Shown in pieces: positions 63,201 through 64,000 of a stretch of 64,000 nucleotides of DNA (position 1 is the stretch's first letter; each line of letters starts with the position of its first letter). Source of the DNA: Aotus nancymaae (lineage: Eukaryota); NCBI RefSeq assembly GCF_030222135.1, contig NW_026988420.1, positions 6,579,875 to 6,643,874 on the forward strand, in the 5' to 3' direction. The notes beneath the pieces were generated by a model, which saw only the letters and a list, made by a program, of their open reading frames with translations, was not told the origin of the DNA and did not search any database. The position numbers and the translations under genes were made by a program.

Positions 63201-64000
63201 TCCTTTTTGTCCTCTGACCAATAGTCTTATCAACTGGCCAGTCACCAACAAAATTTGATAGCTCATGTCTTGGGAATTTTTCCAAAGTTGATTTGCTTTT
63301 TTGTTTCCCACAGGCTTTTTTCTTTACTGTTGCTCTTTCTTTCAGTATTTCACAGGGTGAGGATTTTTCATTTTGAAGAGGTCCAGTATTTGCAAAATCA
63401 CAGTCTTCTTGATTATTTTCACCACAGCAAATACTAGGTGATAATCTCTCTACAGAACTATCTGTGATGGTTTTACTATACTGTTTTACGGCCATCATTT
63501 CTATTTGGTCTTCTTCACTTTTGTCTGTTGCTTGTAGTTTGCTTTCAGAGTCAGAAAAATACATGTGTGGAGTTTCCAGAATTAAAGCACTTTGAATGCT
63601 AGGATTCATATAACTTATTTCTTTTCTTCTTTTGTTTAAATCTGCATTTGAGAGATATGTAACATTCTCAGGTAACATTGTTTCTTTGGTTACATCAAGA
63701 TTCTTCTCTTCAATTAATTCTAGGTGCTTCGAAGATAAAGGTAAAACATTTTCTGCTTTTTCAGAGATAGTATCTTCTTTGTCTCTTGGGCTAGTACTTC
63801 TGTCCTCACAAGACTATGCACACAACTCAATACGTTCAATTTTCTCTGGAACCGAAGAACTCATAATTATTGGCACTGAAACAAAACGTTGATAATGTTC
63901 CAACATTCTTATTTTTTCTTTGCTTACCCCATGAATGTTACGCCTTGCAAGTTCCTTTGGTTTAAACTTCCACCATGTGTCTGGTTCCTGAAAAACGACT
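60291..64000 (-). pseudogene. Intronless, multiply disrupted copy of N4BP2 (NEDD4-binding protein 2: kinase-domain end, S-rich middle, CUE, DUF1771 and C-terminal Smr). Likely a processed pseudogene whose 5' part lies beyond the window end. Disruptions: in-frame TAG at ~63806, a 1-nt frameshift near 62690, a +1 T in a T-run near 62265, a +1 T near 61585, and an in-frame TAG at 60645-60647 before the Smr segment. Stop of the Smr segment at ~60291, 3'UTR below.
   Basis: Minus ORFs 62644..63678, 62225..62689 (CUE-like ...ILCKLFGSFSLEALKDLYEGCNKDIIWATSL...), 61720..62280, 60645..61583 (DUF1771-like ...ECYSKAKEAYRIGK...) and 60291..60623 (Smr: ...KPYLSVITGRGNHSQGGFARIKPAVIKHV...) are consecutive segments of one protein in shifting frames. 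Upstream 63808-64000 continues ...[25 protein letters not shown]...[12 protein letters not shown] with no intron. Confidence 0.75.

Overview
This window is primate (human-like) nuclear DNA, not a prokaryotic or viral locus; Alu SINEs, L1 LINEs and an ERV solo LTR make up well over half of it. I see no operon, CRISPR array, defence island or other candidate novel system, and the bacterial-style ORF track is mostly repeat-derived noise. Three genic elements are supportable from the sequence. (1) On the + strand, the 3' half of a PARP4 (vault PARP) gene is present as 17 exons (about 6799-48481). They cover the end of the VIT domain, the vWA domain, the ~1.06-kb S/P-rich exon and the terminal exons. 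All have canonical AG/GT junctions, phases stay consistent throughout, there is a TAA stop, and an AATAAA follows ~125 bp downstream, so the gene is apparently intact. (2) A BRIX1 processed pseudogene lies antisense inside a PARP4 intron (11320-12611). It has a poly(A) tail, a 13-bp TSD, one 1-bp frameshift and a 16-bp 5' tandem duplication, and it sits ~110 bp upstream of a PARP4 exon acceptor. (3) An intronless, multiply disrupted N4BP2-like copy (CUE, DUF1771 and Smr domains) lies on the - strand at 60291-64000+ and continues beyond the window; its 3'UTR contains a young AluY with a perfect 18-bp TSD. Structural oddities worth a second look are a perfect 38-bp-arm palindrome (41040-41121), a ~250-bp inverted duplication of an Alu plus its unique flank (8259-8510 vs 8923-9175), a twin-primed (5'-inverted) L1 (50201-50920), an LTR12-like solo LTR with U3 tandem repeats, TATA box and AATAAA (55802-56434), and a heavily nested and rearranged L1/Alu/LTR cluster (52990-57700). 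Coordinates can be off by ±1-2 nt in places (for example the 5' end of the big PARP4 exon). All family and gene names are recognised from sequence by eye and should be confirmed with RepeatMasker and BLAST.
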